Origin: a virus
Strand: one strand, 5' to 3'
Length of the DNA: 64,000 nt
Virus record (IMG/VR): IMGVR_UViG_3300013901_000001
The notes under the pieces were generated by a model. That model worked only from the letters and a program-made list of their open reading frames with translations. It did no database searches and was not told where the DNA came from. This document shows, piece after piece, positions 42,222-52,450 of the stretch (position 1 is its first letter; each line of letters opens with the position of its first letter). Made by a program: the position numbers and the translations under genes.

Positions 42222-45200
42222 ATGGCAGAAATTGATGATTTAACCGTGAAAGTCAATGCCGATGCGAAACAAGCGGATAGTGCACTAGAAAAACTGGTAT
42301 CTCAATTAGAAACAGTCAACAGCGCACTTGGCAAGATCATGTCTGGAAATGCTTTTTCAAATATGGAAGAGAGTGCAAAAGCGGCATCTGCATCTATGCA
42401 AGGTATATCTACCTCTACAAAGCGTGTATCAGACGAAATAGGCTCTCAAATGAAAAAGGCAAGCAATTCTATTAAGGGAGTTGAAACGCCCGTAAAAGAG
42501 ACGTTTAAGAGCATTGAGGACGTTATTGCCAAGCTTGGACAGAAGTCTATTGATATAAAGCCACAAATTGACACTGCCAATCTTGCCGGAGAACAGAAGA
42601 AATACACTGAACAGTTAAAAAATATGCAGAATGGAATCAACCGTGTTTTAAATTCTGCACATCCGGAAAAGAAAATCGGAACTTTAGATTCTCTTGTTGT
42701 GAAGCTAAATGAAGCAAAGAATGCTTTGAAAGAAATTGAGAGTCTTCAAGGTTCTGTATCGACTTCTACATCGGAAATTCCGGAACCACATTTTTACTGG
42801 GAAGATACAAGAGATCCTAAAGATGTTATAGAGGATTATAAAAACAGCCTTGAAAGTTGGAAAAGCTATCTTGAAAACTTTAATCAAGGAAGCTACAATG
42901 CTCCGACAACCGGATTTGTGGAATCCGTAGAAAGAAGCATAGAAGAATTAAAAGCAAAATTTCCAGATGCAAAATCGCTTATTGCCGAATATGAAAAATT
43001 ATTCGAGGATCTTTCTGCCGTTGCAGTTCCTAAAGTAGAAACAAGCAATGTGGAAATTGAAAGTCCGTTAAAGAATATAGAAAATGAAGTTGATAATTTT
43101 AAAAAAACCATTGATTCCATTAAGCCACTTGAATTTACTGGAAACTTCTATGAAATGGAAAAGTGGGTAGACGATCTAAACACCAAACTTATATCTTTAC
43201 TTGATAAAAGAGAAAAGTTGACGGATTTAGGTGCAAATATGGACACTCAAAGAATCCAGTCCATGACGTACGACATTGAACAGCTTTCAAAGACCATTGA
43301 GAAATACGAAGTCAAGGTTGAAGAAGCACGGAAAGCCGGACAACTCGACATTAAGATTCCGAGTATTGATGAATCGCTGTCTAAAACTGGACTTTCTGCA
43401 CAGAAATCTGCATCTAAAGTAGCGGAAATCTTTAAAAATAATAAAATCATTGTTCAAACTGACGGATTTAAAAAAGTTCAGAGTGAGATACAGAAAGTAA
43501 AGAGGCAGTACGAAGAACTTGTAAAAACCATTCAGTTAAAGTCTCAAACCATAAGTTTTTATGGTGCAAGTAGTGATTTCAAAAAGAAACAGACAGAGTT
43601 GGCCGCTTTGCGTGAAGATTATCAGAGATTAATCAATAAGCAGAAAGAAATGGCTATTCTGCGATTTGATTCTAAAGGATTTACTGACGGTCTTACAAAA
43701 CTGCAAGGATTTGTTTCTAAGACCTCAAACACACTTGGAAGAATTAACAAGAGAATTAATGAGTTTGGAAGAAAGCTATTATCCCTTGTAGCACCAACAC
43801 AGAAAGCTAGAGCGGCACTTAAGGGATTAGATGTTACCAATATCGGACTTGCAAACAGTCTACTCCGCACAACCAAAATGTTAAAGCTGATGATTGTAAG
43901 AATGGCTTTGCGTGGTGTGATTGACGGAGTAAAAACCGGAATGCAGAACCTGGCAATGTATTCGGACGAAACGAATGCAAGCCTTTCTCTGCTAATGAAC
44001 AGCCTTAATCAGCTTAAAAATTCCTTTGCGGCGGCAGTAGCACCTATTTTGAATGCCTTTGCACCGGCATTAGATAAGATTATTCAGTTATGCATTAAAG
44101 CCGTAAATGCCATTAATCAAGTGATTTCCGCATTACTTGGAAATGGTACTTTTATTCGTGCTAAAAAACTGACAGACAGTTATAGGGATTCTATCAGTGG
44201 CGCATCAAGCGCGGCAGAAGAACTTAATAAGCAGTTACAGGGATTTGATAAATTAAATAATCTTACCACTTCAAAAAGCGGCGGTGGAGCCGGTTCTACA
44301 ACAACGAATCCGGAAGATATGTTTGAAACTGTCAACATTGAAGATAAGTGGAAAGATTTGGCAGATAAAATCAAGAATATCTTAAGCAAAATTTTCGATC
44401 CGTTAAAAGAAGCGTGGAAACGTGCCGGAGATTTTGTAATGAAGTCTTGGAAGTTTGCGCTTCAAGAAGTATGGAAACTGGTTAAAAGCATTGCAAAAGA
44501 TTTTCTTGAGGTATGGAATGAAGAAGAGACCATACAGGTTCTTGAAAATATACTTCTGATTATTGGAGATATTGGTTTAACAATCGGATATCTTGCACAA
44601 GGATTTCGTGAAGCGTGGGAAGAAAACGACACCGGACTTCATATTTTGCAGAATATCCGAGACATTATCGGAGTAATCGTTGAGAACATTCTTCATGCGG
44701 CTGACGCAACGGTTGAATGGGCAAAAAACCTTGATTTTTCACCATTACTTACAAAGATCGAAGAATGGACTGCATCATTAGTTACGGTATTCGATAATTT
44801 ATCCGGAATTGTTACTGATTTTTATGAAAAAGTTTTACTTCCACTTGCAAAATGGACGCTAGAAAAAGGTCTTCCTGACTTGCTACAAGTGTTTATTGAT
44901 TTCAACGAAAAAGTTGACTGGGAGAAACTTCGTAATAATTTAAAGACTTTGTGGGAACACGTAGAGCCGTTTGCAGAAACAATCGGAGAAGGGTTGATTA
45001 TTTTTGTAAGGGATATATCAGATGCTCTTGCAAATTTTATAAACAGTCAGGAATTTGAGGATTTTCTGACAAAAATTGAAGAGTGGATGGACAACGTTTC
45101 TGCAGAGGATGTAGCAAATACTTTGAAAGATATAGCCGCCGGAATTCTTGTCTTAAAAGTCGCAACAGCAACGTTTAGTACATTATCACCGGCTATTGAA

Positions 45201-46526
45201 GTTATCAAGTCACTTGTAAACGTTTTAAGTGGAATCAAAATGGCAAAAGCCTTACAGAACCTTGCTAAATTAGGCGGTGGCGGTGCAACTGCATCGGCAT
45301 CTACCGGAGGCGTACTTAGCAGTCTTGGTGGGCTTAAAGGATTGCTTTTTGGTGATCTTGGCACTATTTTCGGTGCCGGAACAGCAACAGAAATTGCAGC
45401 CACAATAGGAGTTGGTCTTACTGGTTCATTAGCGGCGTGGTTTGTTGGAAATTGGACAGGAAAGCAGTTAGGCGCACTTCTTTTCCCGGAAATGAAAGAA
45501 GAATACCTAAACTTCCATTGGCTTGGCGAAGGTGGATTTTTTGATCAGTTATTTGATAAAGAGGATTTTGCATCATTTGATAGCATTAAAGATAAATTCA
45601 AAGAGTTATCCGATGCTTGGGATATGATGAAATCTGATTTTGCAGACAACCCATTAATTGCTTCGTTTACAACATTTATAGATACTACAGTAAACAGTCA
45701 AAATCATTTAGGAAATTTGATTGAAAAAATAAAAGAAGTTCCGGAAGCGTGGGAAACAGCAAAAACGCAGTTTTTGGAAATTGTAGAATCTGTGAAAGCA
45801 AAGTGGGAAGAAATCAAGACAGGGTTTACAGACACCGTAGAAGAATGGAAGCAAAAAGCACTTGACCTAAAAGAGAATATCCAACAAAAAATCACAGATT
45901 TTGTAGACGGAATTAAGGAAAAATGGGAAAACATCAAGGCAGACTTTGATGAACTGAAAGAATCTATCGTACAAAAGTACGAAGATTTCAAAGAAAAAGT
46001 CGCAAACAAGTTAGATGAAATGAAGCAGTCATGGAATGATACGTGGTCTGCAATTGGAGAAGCCGTAGGCGGTACAGTAAAATCTATCATTGATGCAGTT
46101 ACCAGTGCAATTTCGTGGATTCAGAGTTTGATTGGAAACATCAACGCAATTCCGCAAACGGTAAACATCGGCGTGAATATGGGTACGGAAATCGGAAAGA
46201 ACGCCGCAAAAAAAGTCCGAGGTTATGCTTCCGGTGGATTTATCGAACCGGCAACGTACTTCAAAGCCGGAGAAAACGGTGTACCGGAAATCCTTGGAAC
46301 AGTCGGTGGTAAGTCGGCGGTAGCAGGTGGACAGGAAATCACCGGAATTTCCAATGCGATTTACAGTACAGGACAGACCGAAGCACAGCTTTTGTCAGCG
46401 GCGGTACAGTTTTTACAGACTATTGCGCAAAAAGATTTCAGCATCAATTCTTCCGATGCGTTCAACGCAATTCGGGAAGAAGCGCATTCATACGAGAAGC
46501 GGACAGGAGATAAGGCATTCACTTAA
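42222..46526 (+). CDS. tape measure protein
   Basis: About 1430 aa, coiled-coil rich with hydrophobic central segments. ATG at 42222 after gaggtgagatt. Confidence 0.85.
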   Translation: MAEIDDLTVKVNADAKQADSALEKLVSQLETVNSALGKIMSGNAFSNMEESAKAASASMQGISTSTKRVSDEIGSQMKKASNSIKGVETPVKETFKSIEDVIAKLGQKSIDIKPQIDTANLAGEQKKYTEQLKNMQNGINRVLNSAHPEKKIGTLDSLVVKLNEAKNALKEIESLQGSVSTSTSEIPEPHFYWEDTRDPKDVIEDYKNSLESWKSYLENFNQGSYNAPTTGFVESVERSIEELKAKFPDAKSLIAEYEKLFEDLSAVAVPKVETSNVEIESPLKNIENEVDNFKKTIDSIKPLEFTGNFYEMEKWVDDLNTKLISLLDKREKLTDLGANMDTQRIQSMTYDIEQLSKTIEKYEVKVEEARKAGQLDIKIPSIDESLSKTGLSAQKSASKVAEIFKNNKIIVQTDGFKKVQSEIQKVKRQYEELVKTIQLKSQTISFYGASSDFKKKQTELAALREDYQRLINKQKEMAILRFDSKGFTDGLTKLQGFVSKTSNTLGRINKRINEFGRKLLSLVAPTQKARAALKGLDVTNIGLANSLLRTTKMLKLMIVRMALRGVIDGVKTGMQNLAMYSDETNASLSLLMNSLNQLKNSFAAAVAPILNAFAPALDKIIQLCIKAVNAINQVISALLGNGTFIRAKKLTDSYRDSISGASSAAEELNKQLQGFDKLNNLTTSKSGGGAGSTTTNPEDMFETVNIEDKWKDLADKIKNILSKIFDPLKEAWKRAGDFVMKSWKFALQEVWKLVKSIAKDFLEVWNEEETIQVLENILLIIGDIGLTIGYLAQGFREAWEENDTGLHILQNIRDIIGVIVENILHAADATVEWAKNLDFSPLLTKIEEWTASLVTVFDNLSGIVTDFYEKVLLPLAKWTLEKGLPDLLQVFIDFNEKVDWEKLRNNLKTLWEHVEPFAETIGEGLIIFVRDISDALANFINSQEFEDFLTKIEEWMDNVSAEDVANTLKDIAAGILVLKVATATFSTLSPAIEVIKSLVNVLSGIKMAKALQNLAKLGGGGATASASTGGVLSSLGGLKGLLFGDLGTIFGAGTATEIAATIGVGLTGSLAAWFVGNWTGKQLGALLFPEMKEEYLNFHWLGEGGFFDQLFDKEDFASFDSIKDKFKELSDAWDMMKSDFADNPLIASFTTFIDTTVNSQNHLGNLIEKIKEVPEAWETAKTQFLEIVESVKAKWEEIKTGFTDTVEEWKQKALDLKENIQQKITDFVDGIKEKWENIKADFDELKESIVQKYEDFKEKVANKLDEMKQSWNDTWSAIGEAVGGTVKSIIDAVTSAISWIQSLIGNINAIPQTVNIGVNMGTEIGKNAAKKVRGYASGGFIEPATYFKAGENGVPEILGTVGGKSAVAGGQEITGISNAIYSTGQTEAQLLSAAVQFLQTIAQKDFSINSSDAFNAIREEAHSYEKRTGDKAFT

Positions 46527-46561
46527 AAGGTGGGTGCCTTTTTCGTTATGGAGGTAAGCCA

Positions 46562-46966
46562 GTGAGTTATCAAGGATATATGTTTCAATTTGGTTCATAC
46601 AAGTTTTCCAAAATGATTCGGGCAGATACTTACAAGATTACCCCGAATGCAAGACAGGATTTGGATTCATACCGTGACGCAAACGGAGAATTGCACCGGA
46701 CGGCATTAGACCACACGGCAACAAGCGTCACATTTACCATTCCGGCGCATAAAGAAAGAGAGCACGAAGAAATGATGTCTGCTATTCGTAGCAGCTACAT
46801 TAACGAAAAAGAGCGTGATGCACAGTGTTCTTATTATGATCCGGAGACTTGCACCTACAAGACCGGACATTTTTACATTGACTCAAACTGGACTTTTCAA
46901 GTCTATGGAACATATGACGGACAGATTACGTTTCAAGAATACGAGGTTAGTTTTGTTGAGTATTAA
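46562..46966 (+). CDS. tail component in the distal-tail-protein position
   Basis: First gene after the tape measure gene. GTG start. Only 134 aa, which is short for a Dit. Confidence 0.4.
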   Translation: MSYQGYMFQFGSYKFSKMIRADTYKITPNARQDLDSYRDANGELHRTALDHTATSVTFTIPAHKEREHEEMMSAIRSSYINEKERDAQCSYYDPETCTYKTGHFYIDSNWTFQVYGTYDGQITFQEYEVSFVEY

Positions 46967-46981
46967 TCAGAGGGAAAAGGC

Positions 46982-48325
46982 ATGAACGTATCAGATGCAA
47001 CCAAAACAGAATACAGAAATTCCAGTGTTCATAAGAACCTGACTATTAAATTTCCGGAACTTGGACTCACGATTGATAACACAAAAATTTATCAAGAAAG
47101 CATGAAATTGAAAGAGTCCATTCTGGAAAAGAATAACATTGAGTTTGTCGGTTGCATCGCCAGTTCCTTTTCCGTCCAGATTCAAGGACTTAAGGAAGAT
47201 GTTAAGGGAAAGAAAATTGAAGCATCTATTACCACGGACGGAAGCACCGATGAGCCGATACCGTTGTTTCATGGCATCGTAGACAGTGCCGTATTGCAAG
47301 ACAACCGGTTGAGCAAGACCATAACGGCATATGACATTCTTTATACCAAAGGAAATACAGAGGTTTCCGGTTGGTACAATTCTCTGACATTTCCTATCAC
47401 TATAAAGCAGTTTCGGGATTCCCTGTTTTCTTACCTTGGGATTACACAGGACGAAACATCACTTGTCAACGATGATATTTCCATAAGCAAGCAGTACGAT
47501 CCAAAGACGCTTAAGGCTTTGAACGTGATTAAGGCTATCTGCCAGATAAACGGAGTTTTTGGGATCATTAACCGTGACGGTATCTTTGAATACCGGACAA
47601 CGCAAAGCGGTCTTTATCCGTCTGGAAACCTTTATCCGTCCGATGATTTGTACCCTTTTTCCGGTGAAGAAACGGAACTTACCGAAGAAGAAGTTGCGGA
47701 AGCAATGCAGTATTACAAGAAAATCCGGTATGAGGAATTTAAGGTAAAGCCGGTTGACAAAATCACTATTCGGCAGAACGAAAACGATGACGGAGTGACT
47801 TATGGAAGCGGAACAAACAACTACATCATTCAAGGAAATATGTTCACCTACGGACTTTCCAATGAAACGCTTTTGCAAATGGCACAGAACATTTATCCGT
47901 ATGTCGAAGGCTATTCCTACTATCCGTTTCAGGCATCAAACATGGGATTGCCGTTTGTGGAGTGCGGTGTTGATATTTTGTCCTACAAGGTGCGAAACCT
48001 TGACACCGGAGAAACGGAAAAGAAGTATTACAACGTGTTTAGCCGTGAGTTGACCGGAATACAGGCGTTGAGTGACAGTTACACGGCAAAGGGTGAAGAG
48101 TACCAAAGTGAGTTTATTACAGACTTGCAGACTTCGATTGATGTTATCAAGCAACAAGACCAACAGTATCAGCAGACTTTTAATGACTTTGATTCAAGGA
48201 TTTCTGCATTGGAAAAAGGCGGCGGTGGTGGCGGTGGAATCAATATAGTTTCCGTTGATGTATTACCGGCTATCACAGCTGCAAATACAGTTTATCTGAT
48301 TCAAGGAATTGTGGTGGTGGAATAG
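46982..48325 (+). CDS. tail-associated protein (Tal position) with C-terminal coiled coil and Gly7 hinge
   Basis: Second gene after the tape measure gene. ...ISALEKGGGGGGGINIVSVD... Confidence 0.45.
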   Translation: MNVSDATKTEYRNSSVHKNLTIKFPELGLTIDNTKIYQESMKLKESILEKNNIEFVGCIASSFSVQIQGLKEDVKGKKIEASITTDGSTDEPIPLFHGIVDSAVLQDNRLSKTITAYDILYTKGNTEVSGWYNSLTFPITIKQFRDSLFSYLGITQDETSLVNDDISISKQYDPKTLKALNVIKAICQINGVFGIINRDGIFEYRTTQSGLYPSGNLYPSDDLYPFSGEETELTEEEVAEAMQYYKKIRYEEFKVKPVDKITIRQNENDDGVTYGSGTNNYIIQGNMFTYGLSNETLLQMAQNIYPYVEGYSYYPFQASNMGLPFVECGVDILSYKVRNLDTGETEKKYYNVFSRELTGIQALSDSYTAKGEEYQSEFITDLQTSIDVIKQQDQQYQQTFNDFDSRISALEKGGGGGGGINIVSVDVLPAITAANTVYLIQGIVVVE

Positions 48326-48330
48326 AAATA

Positions 48331-49548
48331 ATGGGAAAACAAAGTTCGAGAATTTATTTTCAAGGAAAAGACCATAAGGATATTTATTTTAATACATATT
48401 ACAGTTCGTCAATGGTGGTTAATAATGAAGTTTTTTGGAAAAAAATTTACGAATTAAATGGAATATATCAGAACGATGTTCCGGCTTCACGTAGGTGGTT
48501 TTGCAATTATATTGACAAAAAACAATATAAAATATACGGAACAGGAAAAACAAGTTCCTTGATATATTACTATCCTATATCAAATGGATTTGCATTTTGT
48601 TATAAGTCGGAATCAAGAAATTACAAAAATGTAATAGCAACCACCGGTGATCTTGCTGTTTTTAAAGAGGCTTGTGTGCTCGAGGAAGACTTCGATTATG
48701 ATGAGACTGTAATAATTGATGATGATGTTTTGTGTATGTGCAATGTGTCTCGTTATAGTAGTATAAAAAAAGATATTACATTTTTGTTGTATTCATTTTC
48801 TCAAAAAAAATTAAAAAAGTATGTAATACAAAACGCAAGATTAGTAGAAAACGTAAACGAAGAAATTAGCAATCGTTATGGAAAGGCTGTTTATTTAATT
48901 GAAATTGGAAATGATGATTATGAGTATTTGTCAATTGACATGGAAGGCTACACACTTACAAAATGTTATATGTTAGATGAATATAATGATAAGAGAGCTC
49001 CATTTTTATATTATAATGATAATTTCTACTATATAAAACAGACAATAGAAAAGGTAGGGACTGGTTCAAAAGCGTATAAAACGACGTATAAAGTATGTTG
49101 TTTTGATACAAACAATGAAGAGCGTACCTTGTGTAGCATAAAAGAACTATTTAGTTCGAGCCAATATACGTATTATGAAACCAGTGAAATGTTAAGAAGA
49201 TATACAACAAGAGTAAACAACAATACCTACATTTTATTTGACAGAGTAATAAGGTTTAATGATGAAAAAACTTCTGCTACAACAGAGGAATTTACGGGCG
49301 TAAACTTTGAAATAGATAAATATAAAGAACAAAAAAAGGTAGGAACTATCAATTATTCGTTTGAAGAAAGCACGGCTGGAAATCTTTATAGCGGCCCTTA
49401 TGTAATAGAAAACGGGCAAGTCAATAGGAATTGTATGGTCGATTATATGACTAAAAATGAAAACGGAGAAAGGACAAGTTATATTGTTTTAGTTAAGGAC
49501 TTATTTGAGAGTGATAACAATATAGCCATTTGCATTGATGAATTATAG
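48331..49548 (+). CDS. hypothetical protein, markedly AT-rich gene in the tail module
   Basis: ORF track. Asn/Tyr/Lys/Ile-rich. Composition visibly differs from flanking genes (by eye). Confidence 0.55.
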   Translation: MGKQSSRIYFQGKDHKDIYFNTYYSSSMVVNNEVFWKKIYELNGIYQNDVPASRRWFCNYIDKKQYKIYGTGKTSSLIYYYPISNGFAFCYKSESRNYKNVIATTGDLAVFKEACVLEEDFDYDETVIIDDDVLCMCNVSRYSSIKKDITFLLYSFSQKKLKKYVIQNARLVENVNEEISNRYGKAVYLIEIGNDDYEYLSIDMEGYTLTKCYMLDEYNDKRAPFLYYNDNFYYIKQTIEKVGTGSKAYKTTYKVCCFDTNNEERTLCSIKELFSSSQYTYYETSEMLRRYTTRVNNNTYILFDRVIRFNDEKTSATTEEFTGVNFEIDKYKEQKKVGTINYSFEESTAGNLYSGPYVIENGQVNRNCMVDYMTKNENGERTSYIVLVKDLFESDNNIAICIDEL

Positions 49549-49562
49549 AAAGGTGGTAGAAC

Positions 49563-50426
49563 ATGGCATATGTAAAGCAAACGTGGACTGACAGACCGTC
49601 AAAGACAACGCCGATTAATGCGGCACGGCTTAACTACATGGAACAGGGGATTTATGATGCAAGTCAAGGAAGTGACTTGTTTAATTCAAACGGCATTAGT
49701 TTTGGTAGAAAAGACGGAACAACAGCCGGATATAGAAGCACGGCAGAAGGTTTTAACACGACAGCTTCTGATACATATACACATGCCGAGGGTTTTCAAT
49801 CTGTGGCAAGTAGCATTTCAAGTCATGCCGAAGGTCAAAACTCCGAAGCCAGCGGATATTATTCACACGCGGAAGGGTACGGAACAAAAGCCACAGAAGA
49901 AGCTACTCATGCGGAAGGATATTACACAGAAGCATCCGGTTCGGACGGTGCACATGCCGAAGGTTATTATACAAAAGCAACCGGTTCAAACTCTCATGCC
50001 GAAGGACGTGAATCGGTGTCTTCCGGATATTATTCCCATGCCGAAGGTTATAAGTCTAAAGCGCAAGGTGACGGTTCGCACGCGGAAGGTCAGAAAACAA
50101 CGGCTTCTGCTTACGGATCCCATGCAGAGGGAGAAGAAACCACAGCTTCTGGAAGCGATTCACATGCGGAAGGCAGAGGAACTATTGCCAAAGGAATGTA
50201 TCAGCACGCGGAAGGAAAATACAACATTGAAGATACACAAAATCAATATGCGCATATTGTAGGCGGAGGTTCAGAGTCGGAAAAAAAGAATATTCATACT
50301 CTTGATTGGGACGGAAATGCGGTGTTTGCCGGAGATGTGACAAATGGTGAAGGAATTACCATGAACGGATTAAAGTCACTAATTGATGCTTTGCAAGTAG
50401 AAGTAGATGCGTTAAAAACAACATAA
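49563..50426 (+). CDS. tail fibre protein with about 11 tandem SHAEG-type repeats
   Basis: A period of roughly 14 aa (xxHAEGxxxxAxGxxS) between residues 70 and 215 resembles Hep_Hag/YadA-head repeats (from memory). Confidence 0.6.
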   Translation: MAYVKQTWTDRPSKTTPINAARLNYMEQGIYDASQGSDLFNSNGISFGRKDGTTAGYRSTAEGFNTTASDTYTHAEGFQSVASSISSHAEGQNSEASGYYSHAEGYGTKATEEATHAEGYYTEASGSDGAHAEGYYTKATGSNSHAEGRESVSSGYYSHAEGYKSKAQGDGSHAEGQKTTASAYGSHAEGEETTASGSDSHAEGRGTIAKGMYQHAEGKYNIEDTQNQYAHIVGGGSESEKKNIHTLDWDGNAVFAGDVTNGEGITMNGLKSLIDALQVEVDALKTT

Positions 50427-50442
50427 AGCGAGGTGATGTTTT

Positions 50443-50751
50443 ATGAAACGAGGTACAACGCCAACTCTTGAAATAGCGGTAGACGGCGTAAAGGTCACGG
50501 ATTTGTCAAATATCTATGTCACGTTCAAACAAGATGATTTGATAATCACAAAGTCCGGAGAGGACATACAAGTAAATGAAGAGGATAATTTGTTAGGAGT
50601 TTCTTTAAGTCAAAAGGAAACTCTTTTTTTTCGCCCCGGATTCGTTTACTTGCAGATGCGAGCGGTTACAAGCGGTGGAAATGCCATTGCAACAGATGTT
50701 CAGAAAATGGATGCATTGGAAATCTTGCAAGAGGGGGTAATTGACCTATGA
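50443..50751 (+). CDS. hypothetical tail-module protein
   Basis: ORF track. Confidence 0.5.
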   Translation: MKRGTTPTLEIAVDGVKVTDLSNIYVTFKQDDLIITKSGEDIQVNEEDNLLGVSLSQKETLFFRPGFVYLQMRAVTSGGNAIATDVQKMDALEILQEGVIDL

Positions 50752-50969
50752 GTTGCGGATGTGGAATCAAGTTAACGGTTTCTGAAAAATTTCAAGAAGT
50801 AATTGGAACTGATACCTACAAAGGGGATTACACTGTTATTCCCAAAGTGGAAGAACAAGTAATGGAAACAAAAAATAAAACAATGACCGACAACGTGAAA
50901 GTTTTAAAAATACCTTACAGCGAGGTTGATAACTTGTCTGGCGGTCAAACAATTACCATAGGAGGTTAA
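50748..50969 (+). CDS. hypothetical tail-module protein
   Basis: ORF track. ATGA overlap. Confidence 0.45.
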   Translation: MSCGCGIKLTVSEKFQEVIGTDTYKGDYTVIPKVEEQVMETKNKTMTDNVKVLKIPYSEVDNLSGGQTITIGG

Positions 50970-50973
50970 AAAC

Positions 50974-51546
50974 ATGGCAGTTAACAAAGTAGTTTACGGA
51001 GAAGAGGTACTTATTGATTTAACAGGAGATTCCGTTACGGAAGATACTCTTGCAAAAGGAATCACTGCACATGATAAGTCCGGCGCAGTTATTACCGGTA
51101 CAAGCACAAAAGATGTGGATTCCGCAGATGCAACAGCGGCAGTGGCTGAAATTCTTCTCGGAAAAACCGCATACGCAAGAGGTCAGAAGCTGACAGGTAC
51201 AATGCCGAATAACGGAGCGGTTACAGGAGAAATCACTGATAAAAATACGGATTACACGGTTCCTCTTGGTTTCCATGACGGATCCGGAAAAGTCGGAATC
51301 GCAACGGCAGAAAAGGCAAAGATTATTGCCGGAAATATTAAGCAAGGCGTAACCCTTCTTGGAGTTGAAGGGACATATTCTGGTGAGGGGGTAAATTTAC
51401 AGGCTAAAACGGTTACTCCGTCAAAAACCGCACAGACGGTACAGGCAGATGCCGGATACGATGCCTTATCATCTGTTACTGTAAATGCGATTCCTTACAC
51501 GGAAACAGATAATGCCGCCGGAGGAAAGACGGCAACAATCGGTTAA
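50974..51546 (+). CDS. tail fibre/receptor-binding module protein
   Basis: Shares its N-terminal module with the next gene (MAVNKVVYGEEVLIDLTGDSVTEDTLAKGITAHDKSGAVITG vs MAINKVEYSGNTLIDLTSDSVTPESLLSGVTAHDASGNLIIG). Confidence 0.55.
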   Translation: MAVNKVVYGEEVLIDLTGDSVTEDTLAKGITAHDKSGAVITGTSTKDVDSADATAAVAEILLGKTAYARGQKLTGTMPNNGAVTGEITDKNTDYTVPLGFHDGSGKVGIATAEKAKIIAGNIKQGVTLLGVEGTYSGEGVNLQAKTVTPSKTAQTVQADAGYDALSSVTVNAIPYTETDNAAGGKTATIG

Positions 51547-51560
51547 AGGAGCAACGGATT

Positions 51561-52400
51561 ATGGCAATTAATAAAGTGGAATATAGCGGAAATACATTAA
51601 TTGACTTGACTTCTGACAGCGTAACACCGGAATCTTTACTTTCCGGCGTTACCGCACATGATGCGTCTGGAAATTTGATTATAGGAGAACTTAATCCGCA
51701 AAGAATATTTGATAATGCCGGATATCACAACAGTATTTTTCGTGGAAAGAACTTGGGAACGGCTGTTCCGGAAGAACAATACGAAGCTATTTCTTCCGGA
51801 GAGTTCACGGATTTGTATGTAGGTGATTACTGGACTTTAAACAACGTTGTTTACCGTATTGCCGGATTTGATCTGTTTTTACATACGGGGGATACAGAGT
51901 TAACAACGCATCATGTTGTTATTGTGCCGGATAAAAATATGTACAGTCACGTGATGAATGATACAAATGTGACCACCGGCGGTTACTACAATAGCAAAAT
52001 GAAACAAAGTGGTCTGACACAGGCTCTGACTACGGTAAAGGCGGCATTCGGTGAAAGCCACATAGTAAAAAGAAGAGTAATTTTAACAAATGCCACAAAT
52101 GGAGATAATCCATCCGGATGGGCGTGGTACGATACCTACATTGACCTTATGACAGAACGGCAGGTATATGGATCTCCTGCATGGGGACAGGCGGCACATA
52201 ATGGATATGATGCCGGATGTGAGTATTCAAGACTTCCGTTGTTTGCACTTGCACCGGAATTTATCACAAATAGAGAATGGTATTGGCTACGAGATATCCG
52301 GTCGTCGTCTGGCTTCGCTGGTGTCTCTGGCCAGGGCCGTGCGACCGACGCCGACGCGTCTCGCTTCGGCGGGGTTCGTCCGCTTTTTTTAATCTCTTAA
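51561..52400 (+). CDS. DGR target protein 3 (tail-fibre-like, C-terminal variable lectin-like region)
   Basis: The C-terminus WYWLRDIRSSSGFAGVSGQGRATDADASRFGGVRPLFLIS is encoded by VR3. Confidence 0.85.
   Translation: MAINKVEYSGNTLIDLTSDSVTPESLLSGVTAHDASGNLIIGELNPQRIFDNAGYHNSIFRGKNLGTAVPEEQYEAISSGEFTDLYVGDYWTLNNVVYRIAGFDLFLHTGDTELTTHHVVIVPDKNMYSHVMNDTNVTTGGYYNSKMKQSGLTQALTTVKAAFGESHIVKRRVILTNATNGDNPSGWAWYDTYIDLMTERQVYGSPAWGQAAHNGYDAGCEYSRLPLFALAPEFITNREWYWLRDIRSSSGFAGVSGQGRATDADASRFGGVRPLFLIS
52296..52382 (+). repeat. DGR variable region VR3
   Basis: Hand alignment to TR. 21 differences, 19 at TR adenines. Confidence 0.85.
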
Positions 52401-52410
52401 TCGTCAATCA

Positions 52411-52427
52411 CCGCCCCATGTGGGCGG
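52411..52427 (+). promoter_or_regulatory. GC-rich hairpin downstream of VR3
   Basis: ccgccc-catgt-gggcgg. Confidence 0.6.
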
Positions 52428-52450
52428 AGTTGACGAAGAAAGGAGCATAT

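Noticed and set aside
49618-50262. 214-aa alternative-frame ORF inside the fibre gene.
   Set aside because: It is a by-product of the periodic SHAEG-repeat DNA. It lies wholly inside a better-supported gene with an RBS.
52277-52450. N-terminal extension of listed ORF 52277..52978.
   Set aside because: It overlaps VR3 and its hairpin in another frame. A strong RBS and ATG at 52451 give a compact Avd-position protein.
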